This document shows positions 29,229-38,075 of a stretch of 64,000 nucleotides of DNA, piece by piece. The stretch lies in IMG/VR virus record IMGVR_UViG_3300012007_000007, positions 35,434 through 99,433 of that record; one strand, written 5' to 3'. The translations under genes and the position numbers were made by a program. Positions within the stretch are counted from its first letter, which is position 1, and the number at the start of each line of letters is the position of its first letter. The notes beneath the pieces are model-generated. The model had not been told where the DNA came from, searched no databases, and was given only the letters and a program-made list of their open reading frames with translations. Source of the DNA: a virus. Taxonomy: Duplodnaviria; Heunggongvirae; Uroviricota; Caudoviricetes.

Positions 29229-29408
29229 ATGAAATACCGGGCAAAATATACCCGTATCGTAGAAATAGATGCCGATGGCAATACGGCCGAGAAAGCGCTC
29301 AACACGTTGCGGGCACAGATGATGGAGGACATTGCCGACCCAGGACGCGGCAGCGGCTTCACTGTGATACTGGTCGATGAGCGCCGAAGCCCCCGAAGAC
29401 GGCGGTAA
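29229..29408 (+). CDS. small hypothetical protein inside an array segment
   Basis: AAAGGAG RBS, MKYRAKY. Confidence 0.55.
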   Translation: MKYRAKYTRIVEIDADGNTAEKALNTLRAQMMEDIADPGRGSGFTVILVDERRSPRRRR

Positions 29409-29481
29409 CGGAAGTGGTGGCGTTATTTAGGGTTTAACTGTGCTTCCAAAAACACGAGGTCAAACATAAAACGGTATGGTT

Positions 29482-29802
29482 ATGAGTGACGCGCAACATC
29501 AAGGATATTCTATCGCGGAGATGCTAGAGCCCAGTCGGATTACTCGGCTGGCCGTTTCGTGCGAGCCCGCTCCCGAAGAACTTGAAGAATTTCATAGACT
29601 ATTTATGAATATGGATATACGGACCTGTGATAGAAAAACAGTGGACGCATATCTTAAAGAATTGGGGAATATGGCTCACGGACTCTCCAAGGATGGCGAT
29701 GAATCCAGGGCTTCCATTTTTATGCTGGATTCTCTCGGTCCGCTGATGGAAGACCACCAGATACCAGAAGATGTGCCTGTAGATACCGGCAAAATGGAAT
29801 AA
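29482..29802 (+). CDS. hypothetical protein, paralog of 31697..31990
   Basis: PEE...TCD...FMLDSL shared. Confidence 0.6.
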   Translation: MSDAQHQGYSIAEMLEPSRITRLAVSCEPAPEELEEFHRLFMNMDIRTCDRKTVDAYLKELGNMAHGLSKDGDESRASIFMLDSLGPLMEDHQIPEDVPVDTGKME

Positions 29803-29806
29803 GAAA

Positions 29807-30151
29807 ATGACCAACATCTCCCTTATTGTCCATCTGGGTGACGGGTGTGTCATCGTGGGCACGCTCGTATCATTCAAGCAGAACCTTCCCGTGCCTACCT
29901 TCTTCGATTGTGCCATCCACCAGTTACCGGAGGCATCATGCAGTGTTTCCGTCATGACCGATACCATGGGGACCCTCGACTTCGACGCCAGACACGTAGT
30001 CAAGATGGGGACCGACGAGGGCCACATGGTCGAAATCAAGGCAGCGATGGATGTCGTACTGTACCTGGAATCCCTGCTGGCCTTGGACCGCAAGGTCGAA
30101 GGTTCCGTTGAACAACTCTTACAGCAAATCTGCGAGGATGCCTCCACATGA
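29807..30151 (+). CDS. hypothetical protein
   Basis: 114 aa ORF. Confidence 0.55.
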   Translation: MTNISLIVHLGDGCVIVGTLVSFKQNLPVPTFFDCAIHQLPEASCSVSVMTDTMGTLDFDARHVVKMGTDEGHMVEIKAAMDVVLYLESLLALDRKVEGSVEQLLQQICEDAST

Positions 30152-30618
30152 CACGTATAGACCTTGAACAGATTGCTTCCGAATTCGGACTGGCTGTGGA
30201 GAAGAGCGATGTCGGGACCTACAAGCAATGGAAGAATGCGCAGATGGACCTGTATCTCCCCGGAAACAAGGAAGCCGGCTACCTGGTGCGAGGGGTGTAC
30301 CCGCCCGTGGAGAACTATGTCCATTATCCGTGCATAGACAACCTATACCTGCCCGCCGGGGTGACCAGGTACAACGGCAAGCCAACGTTTAGCGGACGGC
30401 AGCAGATATACAACGACGATTTCAACGAGGGATGGCTCCGGAGGGAGCTCGGGAAGCTGATTGAAGAATACAGGAGAAGCCACGATGGCCAAATACCGCA
30501 GAATGACTGTTCCGGGCTACGAGAGCCCGTTCATCGCCGTGATACCTGGGATACCGGCGTCCATGGAGTCCGACAGGGAGCCCGAGTACGAGTACAAGGA
30601 CAAACTGGGCAAAGATGA
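30148..30618 (+). CDS. hypothetical protein
   Basis: ATGA-coupled; C-terminus overlaps the next gene. Confidence 0.5.
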   Translation: MTRIDLEQIASEFGLAVEKSDVGTYKQWKNAQMDLYLPGNKEAGYLVRGVYPPVENYVHYPCIDNLYLPAGVTRYNGKPTFSGRQQIYNDDFNEGWLRRELGKLIEEYRRSHDGQIPQNDCSGLREPVHRRDTWDTGVHGVRQGARVRVQGQTGQR

Positions 30619-30667
30619 CGACATCTGGGAATGGGAAAAGTGCGAAAACGAGGACAATGATGCGTAA
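30485..30667 (+). CDS. small acidic hypothetical protein
   Basis: AGGAG RBS, MAKYRR. Confidence 0.5.
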   Translation: MAKYRRMTVPGYESPFIAVIPGIPASMESDREPEYEYKDKLGKDDDIWEWEKCENEDNDA

Positions 30668-31364
30668 GAAGTTTATCCAAGCAAACCCGTTCCTCAAACA
30701 GAGCGAGATTTCTTCCAATTTCCATGGGGAGGAAGTGTATAAGTCTCACACATGGCATCCGTATTATCGTTATGAAGAGCGTGATGAACTTGGGAGACTT
30801 ACCGGTGTATACTATGCCGATGAATACAAGAAGCCAAGGCCGAGGAGACTCGTAGTCAAGTATTCAGATGACAGCAAGCGTCCCTATGCAATATGGTTCT
30901 GCCACGATGGCTCAGAAGACATGCACTTCTGTTGTAAGTACAAGAAAAACGGAGACCTTGACACGATTTACTTCTGGGGCAACGGTGGAAATACATGCAA
31001 CGAGTTTCATTACAAAAAGGCGATACAGACGACCACTATTAAAACAGGTCGCCGAGTTGAATACAAGGAAAGTTGGCCATCAATTACAATCAACGGTCAC
31101 CCGGCATTGCTCCTCCGTAAACTTCCAGACATGACCAAGGTTACTGGATTCTACTATATCCACGAGAAAGACCCTCTATTTCCCCAGCCCCTAATTGAAA
31201 ACGACTGGGCAATCCACGACTGGCTAGGTATCAGTGCCGAAACCCTGTACGACAAGTACCCAAAGGAAAAGCCACGCCCCTTTGACCCTAAAATGGACGG
31301 ATATTGCATAAATATGATGATGAAAACCCAGAACGCGATTAACAGACCACAACTCGGAGAATAA
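30657..31364 (+). CDS. hypothetical protein
   Basis: GAGG RBS, 235 aa. Confidence 0.6.
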   Translation: MMRKKFIQANPFLKQSEISSNFHGEEVYKSHTWHPYYRYEERDELGRLTGVYYADEYKKPRPRRLVVKYSDDSKRPYAIWFCHDGSEDMHFCCKYKKNGDLDTIYFWGNGGNTCNEFHYKKAIQTTTIKTGRRVEYKESWPSITINGHPALLLRKLPDMTKVTGFYYIHEKDPLFPQPLIENDWAIHDWLGISAETLYDKYPKEKPRPFDPKMDGYCINMMMKTQNAINRPQLGE

Positions 31365-31457
31365 AATAATCTATGCGAACAGAACTAAAAGAAATGCTGC
31401 AAGGTAAGCTCGACGCTTTCGGGTTTAACGGCGCGTCCAAAAACACGAGTTCAAACA

Positions 31458-31703
31458 TCATGCATTCTCATCTGATGGGTCGGTTATCTCTGTCAACCCC
31501 GGCTTCAGCGACGGCGGGTTATTGCGCAGCTTCTCGTAGACGGTACGGTTCTCCTTGTGGAACACGCACGGCTTGGTCTGCTTACGGTATTCGAGCAGCG
31601 AGCACATCTCCTGCCACTCATTCGGCGTCAGGGTGATGGTGGTATCCTGGAAATCGCCATGCATGGCGATGCGTTCTTTTCCGTCCGCATCTTTAATCAA
31701 CAT
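31458..31703 (-). CDS. hypothetical protein ending next to the last repeat
   Basis: stop codon 1 nt from repeat 31422..31456. Confidence 0.55.
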   Translation of the reverse strand: MLIKDADGKERIAMHGDFQDTTITLTPNEWQEMCSLLEYRKQTKPCVFHKENRTVYEKLRNNPPSLKPGLTEITDPSDENA

Positions 31704-31990
31704 TTCTTGTTCTCCAGGGCGCTTAGCGAGTCCAGCATGAACACGACGGGTTCCCGTGATTTCCCGGATGCAATCGGTACGGCGGTCAGCTTCGCCAGCT
31801 TCTCGAATATCGTACTTACGTCATCAAGTTCCGTGCCAGTGTTCCTGGCAAGTACCTTTAGGGAATCCTCGTCGCAAGTATCCATGTAGCAGTTCTCCAT
31901 CGCACATTCGAATGCTGCCTGCTCTTCCGGCGAGAGGACGCACGGTAGTGCTATAGAATCGAATTTATCCCGATTGTCTGGCATGTTCAT
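31697..31990 (-). CDS. hypothetical protein, paralog of 29482..29802
   Basis: promoter at 32015; MNMPDN start. Confidence 0.6.
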   Translation of the reverse strand: MNMPDNRDKFDSIALPCVLSPEEQAAFECAMENCYMDTCDEDSLKVLARNTGTELDDVSTIFEKLAKLTAVPIASGKSREPVVFMLDSLSALENKKC

Positions 31991-32277
31991 ACCTTTAGCT
32001 ATGGTTTCTGTATGCAAATATAGCAAATTTGGGACTATCGGTGGCGGTCGCACAGGTCGGAAGTGTGGATTCCACCGGCGTTGGTCCGGGTCATGCCGGA
32101 AATGTGGCAAATGGGGATACCGGGGATACCGAAATGTCCCCAGTTGCAGCCGTTCGGAAATCAAGGCAAGTATGGTATTCCGGCCTCTCCCGGCAGGCAC
32201 CCAGTCGTTGTGCAGGTGTACTTGGAGGTCAATGAACTATGACCCGAAGTCGGTGACATTGAATCCGCGATTTCTGC

Positions 32278-32976
32278 ATGTCTTATAAACTTATAAATAT
32301 GCAAAACATTAATAGTGAAATAATTGGAACCAATGGAAAACAATATAATGGTGAACGAGCAATTATATCACTTACATCATGGAAAGCGCGTATTACAACC
32401 GTTGGATTAACCTTATTCAGCCTAATATCACAGTGTCCCGGATTTCATATCGTGCTGGTATTATCAAAAGATGAATTTCCTAATATGATGTCGGAAATGC
32501 CAGATGATATAAGTCGTTTAGTAAACTCTAAAGTCATTGAAATTTTATGGGTGAAAACGAATTGTAAATCATTCAAGAAAGTGTGTTTCACCATGTACGT
32601 TTACCAATCAGTTCCTATTATTAGTGCCGATGATGATTGTATATATGTATGCAATTATGCACAAGAATTATATGAGATATACTTGAAACATAGACAATCC
32701 CCAATAAATTATCGTAAATCAAAAATTCCATTTTGCACGTGTGGACCGGCAACGTTATATCCACCATCGATATTTAATTATATTCTGCATGAATTTGAAC
32801 AATACACCGCACCAAATTATCAAGATGATGGTTTCTTTACCAACATATTTCAAGCAATTCAACTACAGCCACTGTCATTATCGGATAAATTTCCATGTTT
32901 TTTTCATAATGAAACTAGTCCACTTACTGGGTCGGCAAAGGTGAGTGAGTGGGTTCGAGACCAGAGGTTTCATTAA
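32278..32976 (+). CDS. putative GT-A glycosyltransferase
   Basis: IISLTSWKARI...FKK...ISADDDCIY; low GC. Confidence 0.7.
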   Translation: MSYKLINMQNINSEIIGTNGKQYNGERAIISLTSWKARITTVGLTLFSLISQCPGFHIVLVLSKDEFPNMMSEMPDDISRLVNSKVIEILWVKTNCKSFKKVCFTMYVYQSVPIISADDDCIYVCNYAQELYEIYLKHRQSPINYRKSKIPFCTCGPATLYPPSIFNYILHEFEQYTAPNYQDDGFFTNIFQAIQLQPLSLSDKFPCFFHNETSPLTGSAKVSEWVRDQRFH

Positions 32977-32978
32977 AA

Positions 32979-33638
32979 TCATTTAATATTAATTGCATAT
33001 TTATGCATGTTATATGAGTCGGCAATAAACAATTCCATGTAAGTTAAATTTTCATGCGTACAAAACGCATCAATATGAGAAGCGTATGAGCGGTCGGTTC
33101 TATTATCTAAGATTAAAATATTAGCAAAATTATGCATTAAAAATGGCATTAATGGAATTGACATAGAGTCGGTATTTAATAGAAGATTGCGTTGTGTCAT
33201 ACTATATTTATTTGATATATGAGCACATCTATGAGCGCAAATAAATAATTTATGATAATCCGTAAAACAACCTAAATATGATTTATAGTTTTTATTATAA
33301 GCAGTTTCAGATATCTTCATGTTCGTTGCGATATCATAAAACAAATCATGTACTGCAACCATTTCATCCGAAACCGGAATATAATAACTAAGGTCAATTT
33401 TATCCGTTACATGATTTATCCTATAAAAATCACTTGGATTAAATTGTAACAATAAATCAGCGGCCAACCTTGGAATAAATGTATGCCAGACATAATATGT
33501 TGTCCAGTGATGTTCATTAAATTTATAATTGCTATAAACGTCAGGAATTTCATTTGTTAAATCTATAACGCCTGGCATTTTGTTAATAAGATTACAATTT
33601 GGTGAATGAATAGCATATCTAACTATCTTATTTACCAT
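32979..33638 (-). CDS. possible DHHW/AlgX-like polysaccharide O-acetyltransferase fragment
   Basis: NEHHWTTY and LLNTDSMSIPLMPFL...ILILDNR resemble DHHW-family motifs. Confidence 0.45.
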   Translation of the reverse strand: MVNKIVRYAIHSPNCNLINKMPGVIDLTNEIPDVYSNYKFNEHHWTTYYVWHTFIPRLAADLLLQFNPSDFYRINHVTDKIDLSYYIPVSDEMVAVHDLFYDIATNMKISETAYNKNYKSYLGCFTDYHKLFICAHRCAHISNKYSMTQRNLLLNTDSMSIPLMPFLMHNFANILILDNRTDRSYASHIDAFCTHENLTYMELFIADSYNMHKYAINIK

Positions 33639-34320
33639 AATATCTCCTAATAGCTTTAATGCACGCTTCACGGCGCTTTTCATAAGGAATGGCTGTATAT
33701 TGTTTGCTCAATGCAGTATCATGCTTATGCATATCAAGGAAAAAATTAGTTAATTCCGGCACAACCATTGGCACAATTTTTTCATGCGCCAATACATCAC
33801 TAAGCCACAAATCGCTTGAACATATTTTATCCATATCCGATGGTAAAAGACTGTATAGTAAATCATCAGTAAACCATTTTGGGTTATAAATCATTGCATA
33901 ACCATGCACATGTTTACCCCACGTTCCTGGTGTAAAATACTTTTGTGGATGCGAATTAAGCAGTGATAACATAAATTCAGCATACCTAGGTAAATATAGC
34001 ATATCATCATCACCAGCAAGTATTGCATAATTATCATTCCTATATCGTTGAATAGTTGGTATAACTTTTTTGAACGCCTTGGTGTTGACGCCGGTAACCC
34101 AATTTATCTCAAAATATGGAAATAAATGTTGTGATAATAATTTAATATCAGTAGGAAGAGCATCTATCGATGCAAATTCTGCAGTAGACAGATTCAAAAT
34201 TATTTTTTTAGGTCGTATCGATTGTCTCAAGAAACTAAAAATTGTTAGTCCAACATCCTTAATGCGACCTTTCCACGATGTTATTGATACAATATAATCT
34301 TTCATGTGAATATCTCCCAA
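33628..34320 (-). CDS. putative GT-A glycosyltransferase
   Basis: IVSITSWKGRI...FKKVIP...LAGDDDMLY. Confidence 0.7.
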   Translation of the reverse strand: MGDIHMKDYIVSITSWKGRIKDVGLTIFSFLRQSIRPKKIILNLSTAEFASIDALPTDIKLLSQHLFPYFEINWVTGVNTKAFKKVIPTIQRYRNDNYAILAGDDDMLYLPRYAEFMLSLLNSHPQKYFTPGTWGKHVHGYAMIYNPKWFTDDLLYSLLPSDMDKICSSDLWLSDVLAHEKIVPMVVPELTNFFLDMHKHDTALSKQYTAIPYEKRREACIKAIRRYYGK

Positions 34321-34974
34321 TTACATGTTCATTAAATCGTGTTCAGATATCTCTTCCACACCTAAGTAATTATGCACGGATGGTTCGCTTATAATGCGGC
34401 AAGGGGCACCAATCCACCTAATCATTCGTGCTTGTTCTTGCAACGAAGTCTCATTGAAGTAGTGAAGATTTAACAGTATCTTGCTCCGCAGTATCCACTG
34501 GTCAAGTTCGTTTCCGTCCCAACACTTAGTCAGAATCTTTACTTGATGCCGTTTACTCAGTTCATCTAGTATCTTCTTCCGATGTTCGTTCATAGTTCCA
34601 TAGAATAGGATATCAATATCCTTACTGTATTCCTTCGGCCATACTTTATACGGTTTCAACACATGAAGCTTCACATCCGGCCTAATCAGTTTCAATACTC
34701 TGAGATTTTCCTCATCGTAATCCCATACCTCGTCTGCTTGTGAAAGCCATGCAAAGTACCCTATGTGCATGAAGTTACGCTGTTTGGCGAGCAATGGTTC
34801 CTGATTGAACACTATCACCTTATCATACGTTTTCTTATAGTCTTCCAATGATTTCCAATGGGAAAGGTCATGCGCTCCGCAGATAATGACCGTATTTGAC
34901 CGGTCATCACAGAATTCATACTTCAAAGAATCTATGGTATCGTTAAATGCGGGATGTGATTGCACAAAGTGCAT
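34321..34974 (-). CDS. putative GT-B-type glycosyltransferase-like protein
   Basis: DIDILFYG...HRKKIL...SKILLNLH...IISE. Confidence 0.55.
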   Translation of the reverse strand: MHFVQSHPAFNDTIDSLKYEFCDDRSNTVIICGAHDLSHWKSLEDYKKTYDKVIVFNQEPLLAKQRNFMHIGYFAWLSQADEVWDYDEENLRVLKLIRPDVKLHVLKPYKVWPKEYSKDIDILFYGTMNEHRKKILDELSKRHQVKILTKCWDGNELDQWILRSKILLNLHYFNETSLQEQARMIRWIGAPCRIISEPSVHNYLGVEEISEHDLMNM

Positions 34975-35056
34975 TTATGTATCCTCCTTCCCGCGATGGA
35001 GTGTCCCTTGTTCAATGTGTTCAATCATCACCAATGTCTCCTTTTATTACCCTATG

Positions 35057-35818
35057 TCACTTCCACCGTTTCATCATGTGGGCATACGCGTCACCGTTGT
35101 CCCTGCACCACCGGATGCACCTTTCGTAAGTCCCCTTGCAGAGAGGCCTATCAGGATTCTTGCCGATGACCTCGTACCGGTCGACCAGTTCATGGTCGTT
35201 TTCGTCATCGACGGTATCGTTCTCCCACGCCCTGTGGTTGACGTTCCTAATCCAGAAGCACCCTTCCGGGGAATCCTTGTCGAATATCACCTCGTCCTCC
35301 CGGTCGCCCTTGTGGAACGCCGTGACGCCGGATGTCTTGAACACTATCGAGCCGCCAACGTCGAATGTGTCGCAGTACGGTAGCAGCCGGTTCTCGTCGA
35401 AATTGGGTGGAGTCGCGTTCTCCAGCGGCGTGGCGAAGGCGAACCTTCCGCTGCCGTAATGGTCGGTATACGCCAGATTTCCCGGTTCGGACCCGTACAG
35501 GAAGCCGTTCTCGTATATTTCCAGCGCATTTTCCGTATTGTGGACTACCCAGCGGTCGAAATGCGGGTTGGACCCGGTGAATACGTCGCCATCCATTTCC
35601 GAGAACCTTTTCGGCCTTCTGGACGGTTTGAGGTTACGGAAATACCTTACCAGGTCGAGGTTTCCCGGGGTCATTCCTTCCATCATTGCCGAACCAGCAG
35701 TTTCATGGGCATACAACAGGTCGAATCCCTCCCGGAGAGGCCTGGCGAGGCCAGGCCATCCCAGTTCCCTGCAGGTGGACTCGATGAATATGCCGTACTG
35801 TTCCTGAATCCGGTTCAT
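35057..35818 (-). CDS. hypothetical protein with YxxFIES leader
   Basis: MNRIQEQYGIFIESTCRELG. Confidence 0.65.
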   Translation of the reverse strand: MNRIQEQYGIFIESTCRELGWPGLARPLREGFDLLYAHETAGSAMMEGMTPGNLDLVRYFRNLKPSRRPKRFSEMDGDVFTGSNPHFDRWVVHNTENALEIYENGFLYGSEPGNLAYTDHYGSGRFAFATPLENATPPNFDENRLLPYCDTFDVGGSIVFKTSGVTAFHKGDREDEVIFDKDSPEGCFWIRNVNHRAWENDTVDDENDHELVDRYEVIGKNPDRPLCKGTYERCIRWCRDNGDAYAHMMKRWK

Positions 35819-35831
35819 CTCGGCTCCCGTC

Positions 35832-36398
35832 TTAGCCTATGCCTTCTTCAGCGTAGGGGTCGCCGTCACCGAAGGTCTTCCTCTCGCATTCCTGGCAGAA
35901 CCCGTCGGACAGGTGCGGGTACAGGCCCGGACACTTCCTGCCGCATGACGGGCACACGTCGCTGTACCTGCTGCAATCGGGGCAGTACCCGTTTTCATCA
36001 GCTTCGCCCGGTTCCAAATCGCAGCCGCAACCTGCACACTTGTCAAGGTTTTCCCTGTCCTGCTCATACTGGTGCTCGTACCATAATTCATCATCGCTCG
36101 CGCAGTCAGGACATAGCCCGCTAGTCAAGTTAGGATATAGTCCGCCGCATAGCTTGCACCTGTCGGCGAGGTGATAGCAGTCCGGGCACAGGCCTTCCTT
36201 GAACTCCTCACCGGGTTCTAGCTCACGGTCACATGTTCGACAGTATTTCTGTACCCCGTTCCTGTACGCTTCCTCGTCGAACTCGGCCTCGCACATGGCG
36301 GCGAAGCCTTCTTGAAGTGGCTTGATTACGTCCTTGCAACCGAGTCTTGTACACTCGGACTCGATGAATGCGTTATACTGTTTCTGTAGTGAATTCAT
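35832..36398 (-). CDS. multi-CxxC zinc-ribbon protein with YxxFIES leader
   Basis: at least eight CxxC pairs. Confidence 0.7.
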   Translation of the reverse strand: MNSLQKQYNAFIESECTRLGCKDVIKPLQEGFAAMCEAEFDEEAYRNGVQKYCRTCDRELEPGEEFKEGLCPDCYHLADRCKLCGGLYPNLTSGLCPDCASDDELWYEHQYEQDRENLDKCAGCGCDLEPGEADENGYCPDCSRYSDVCPSCGRKCPGLYPHLSDGFCQECERKTFGDGDPYAEEGIG

Positions 36399-36402
36399 CG
36401 TG

Positions 36403-37686
36403 TTATTCCCTCCCTGAGCGAATCATATCCTGCTTGGCCATGAGGTCATATTCGGAACGGTCCTCTGCTATGGCGCACTTCATGTCGGTGATAATCTCGT
36501 CGGTGGACTTCCCGGCGAGCTCGCCTTCGTCGACCACGTCGAAGAACTTCCTGTACAGGAAGTCCCCGAACTTCGCCCGGATTCTTTCCCGGTCGCACCT
36601 CGCCCGCCCGGCTTCCCTGGCCTGTTCCTGTGCATTCTCCCGGGCTTCCCTGGCGAGACCCTCCTTCTCGATTTCGCATGCCTCGCGGAACACGTCGTCA
36701 CATACCTCCTTCCAGTTATCCTCGGTGATGAGCACGCTGCCGTAGTCCACTTTCTCGGACGCCCCCACGAGTACCAGCGCCCCGTTTGCCGTGCACCTCA
36801 GGGTGTAAGGCCAGTGGTTTGCGCCCTCTCCGTGCTGGCATACGATGTCCATCTTGTTGATGCCGACCTTGTTGAGTTCCCTGCCCGGGGTTATGCGCAC
36901 TCCGTGCTCGTTGTACTGGTCGCCGAACACGCTCTTCCAGCTGTACACCGGCTGGCTCTCGGAGAGCTCGGTGAACCGGTCGACGAACTTCTTCCCCAGG
37001 GGAAGGTCGGCGACGTTCCTCGCCCGGTGGGAAAGCCACCTTCGGTGCATGCTTACCATTGACGAGACCGCGTCCAGGTCAAGCTTGTTGTCGTTGTACC
37101 ATTGGACGCGGTCGACGATTTCCCGCACGGCCTCCTCCATGTTGTCCCTGCCGACCGTGATGTTCCTGGACGCCGGGATTGTCTCGTTTCCCCTCTGTGG
37201 CCCCGGCATCCACCTGATTACGTTCCTTATCTCGAAATTGTTTCCTAGCGGACGGAGACTTCCTATGCTTATATCGGCCAGCGGGCATTCCTTTCCTCGT
37301 CCGGTTACGGGGACAGTGATTCTCACCTCAGGCCATTCCGCTGTTTCCCTGTTGGCTTCCAACCCGCCCATGCGTATGCAGTCTACCATGCGGTCCCCGA
37401 CCCTTACCGGCTCACCGTAGGTGAGCGTGCCGAGCTCCATCAGTGAGGACTTGAGCATGTCGAAGAATTCGCGGGCGTAAGGGCACTTCGGGAACCTTGC
37501 GGCGTAGTCTGTCTCCATGAACCGCTCCGGCCATCCCGGTTCTATGGTCAGTTCTCCCACTCGGTCGCCTGCCGCCTCGCACATGGCGGCGAAGCCTTCC
37601 TGGAGCGGATTGATTACGTCCCTGCAGCCGAGCCTGGTGCATTCGGACTCGATGAATTCGTGGTACTTCTTCTGGAGCTGGTCCAT
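36403..37686 (-). CDS. hypothetical protein with YxxFIES leader
   Basis: MDQLQKKYHEFIESECTRLG. Confidence 0.7.
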   Translation of the reverse strand: MDQLQKKYHEFIESECTRLGCRDVINPLQEGFAAMCEAAGDRVGELTIEPGWPERFMETDYAARFPKCPYAREFFDMLKSSLMELGTLTYGEPVRVGDRMVDCIRMGGLEANRETAEWPEVRITVPVTGRGKECPLADISIGSLRPLGNNFEIRNVIRWMPGPQRGNETIPASRNITVGRDNMEEAVREIVDRVQWYNDNKLDLDAVSSMVSMHRRWLSHRARNVADLPLGKKFVDRFTELSESQPVYSWKSVFGDQYNEHGVRITPGRELNKVGINKMDIVCQHGEGANHWPYTLRCTANGALVLVGASEKVDYGSVLITEDNWKEVCDDVFREACEIEKEGLAREARENAQEQAREAGRARCDRERIRAKFGDFLYRKFFDVVDEGELAGKSTDEIITDMKCAIAEDRSEYDLMAKQDMIRSGRE

Positions 37687-38075
37687 GGGGTTCTCCCGGT
37701 ATTTTCCGGTAGTTTATACAGTTTGGAACACTTGAAGCTTATCCTTTCCGGCTTCCTGGTGACAACCACGTCACGTTCCAGGTTCTCCCGGGAATTCCGG
37801 CCACTCCCCAGGTTCTCCCGGGAAATCCGGATGCGCTCCACGGAATAGATGTTCCGTACGCTGTCGGCAATCGTGGATTCGGCCTCGTCCTGGCTCTCGT
37901 ACCATACGGCGTCGAACCAGCTGTCGTCCATTACGGCACAGAGGCATTCTCCGCCCGGCCCGGTCATCGGAGACGAGTATTCGATGGTCCCGTCATCCTT
38001 CCGGTGGGTGACGACGAACACTTCCGCGGGATTCTTGGCCAGGAGAGCCATCTTCTGTTCCATTGTCCTAATCAC
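37614..38075 (-). CDS. hypothetical protein
   Basis: 153 aa ORF, GTGA-coupled. Confidence 0.5.
   Translation of the reverse strand: MIRTMEQKMALLAKNPAEVFVVTHRKDDGTIEYSSPMTGPGGECLCAVMDDSWFDAVWYESQDEAESTIADSVRNIYSVERIRISRENLGSGRNSRENLERDVVVTRKPERISFKCSKLYKLPENTGRTPWTSSRRSTTNSSSPNAPGSAAGT

Larger units (their letters stand above)
28524..31456 (+). CRISPR. CRISPR-like array 2: 35-nt repeats at 28524, 29152, 29431, 31422, diverging with distance from the leader
   Basis: all four are 35 nt, start GGTTTAAC and end AAAC; spacers 593, 244 and 1956 nt. Confidence 0.5.

Noticed and set aside
26760-31456. Repeats as classical integron attC sites
   Set aside because: GTTTAAC fits RYYYAAC, but there is no GTTRRRY end. 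The main repeat does not form the long attC hairpin (only 29431 comes close), cassettes are not whole genes, and no tyrosine integrase is visible. Not excluded, but not supported.
26760-31456. Canonical CRISPR-Cas locus or TIGR array
   Set aside because: Spacer lengths are irregular and mostly hundreds of nt; there are no cas or Tas genes and no alternating dual-repeat pattern.
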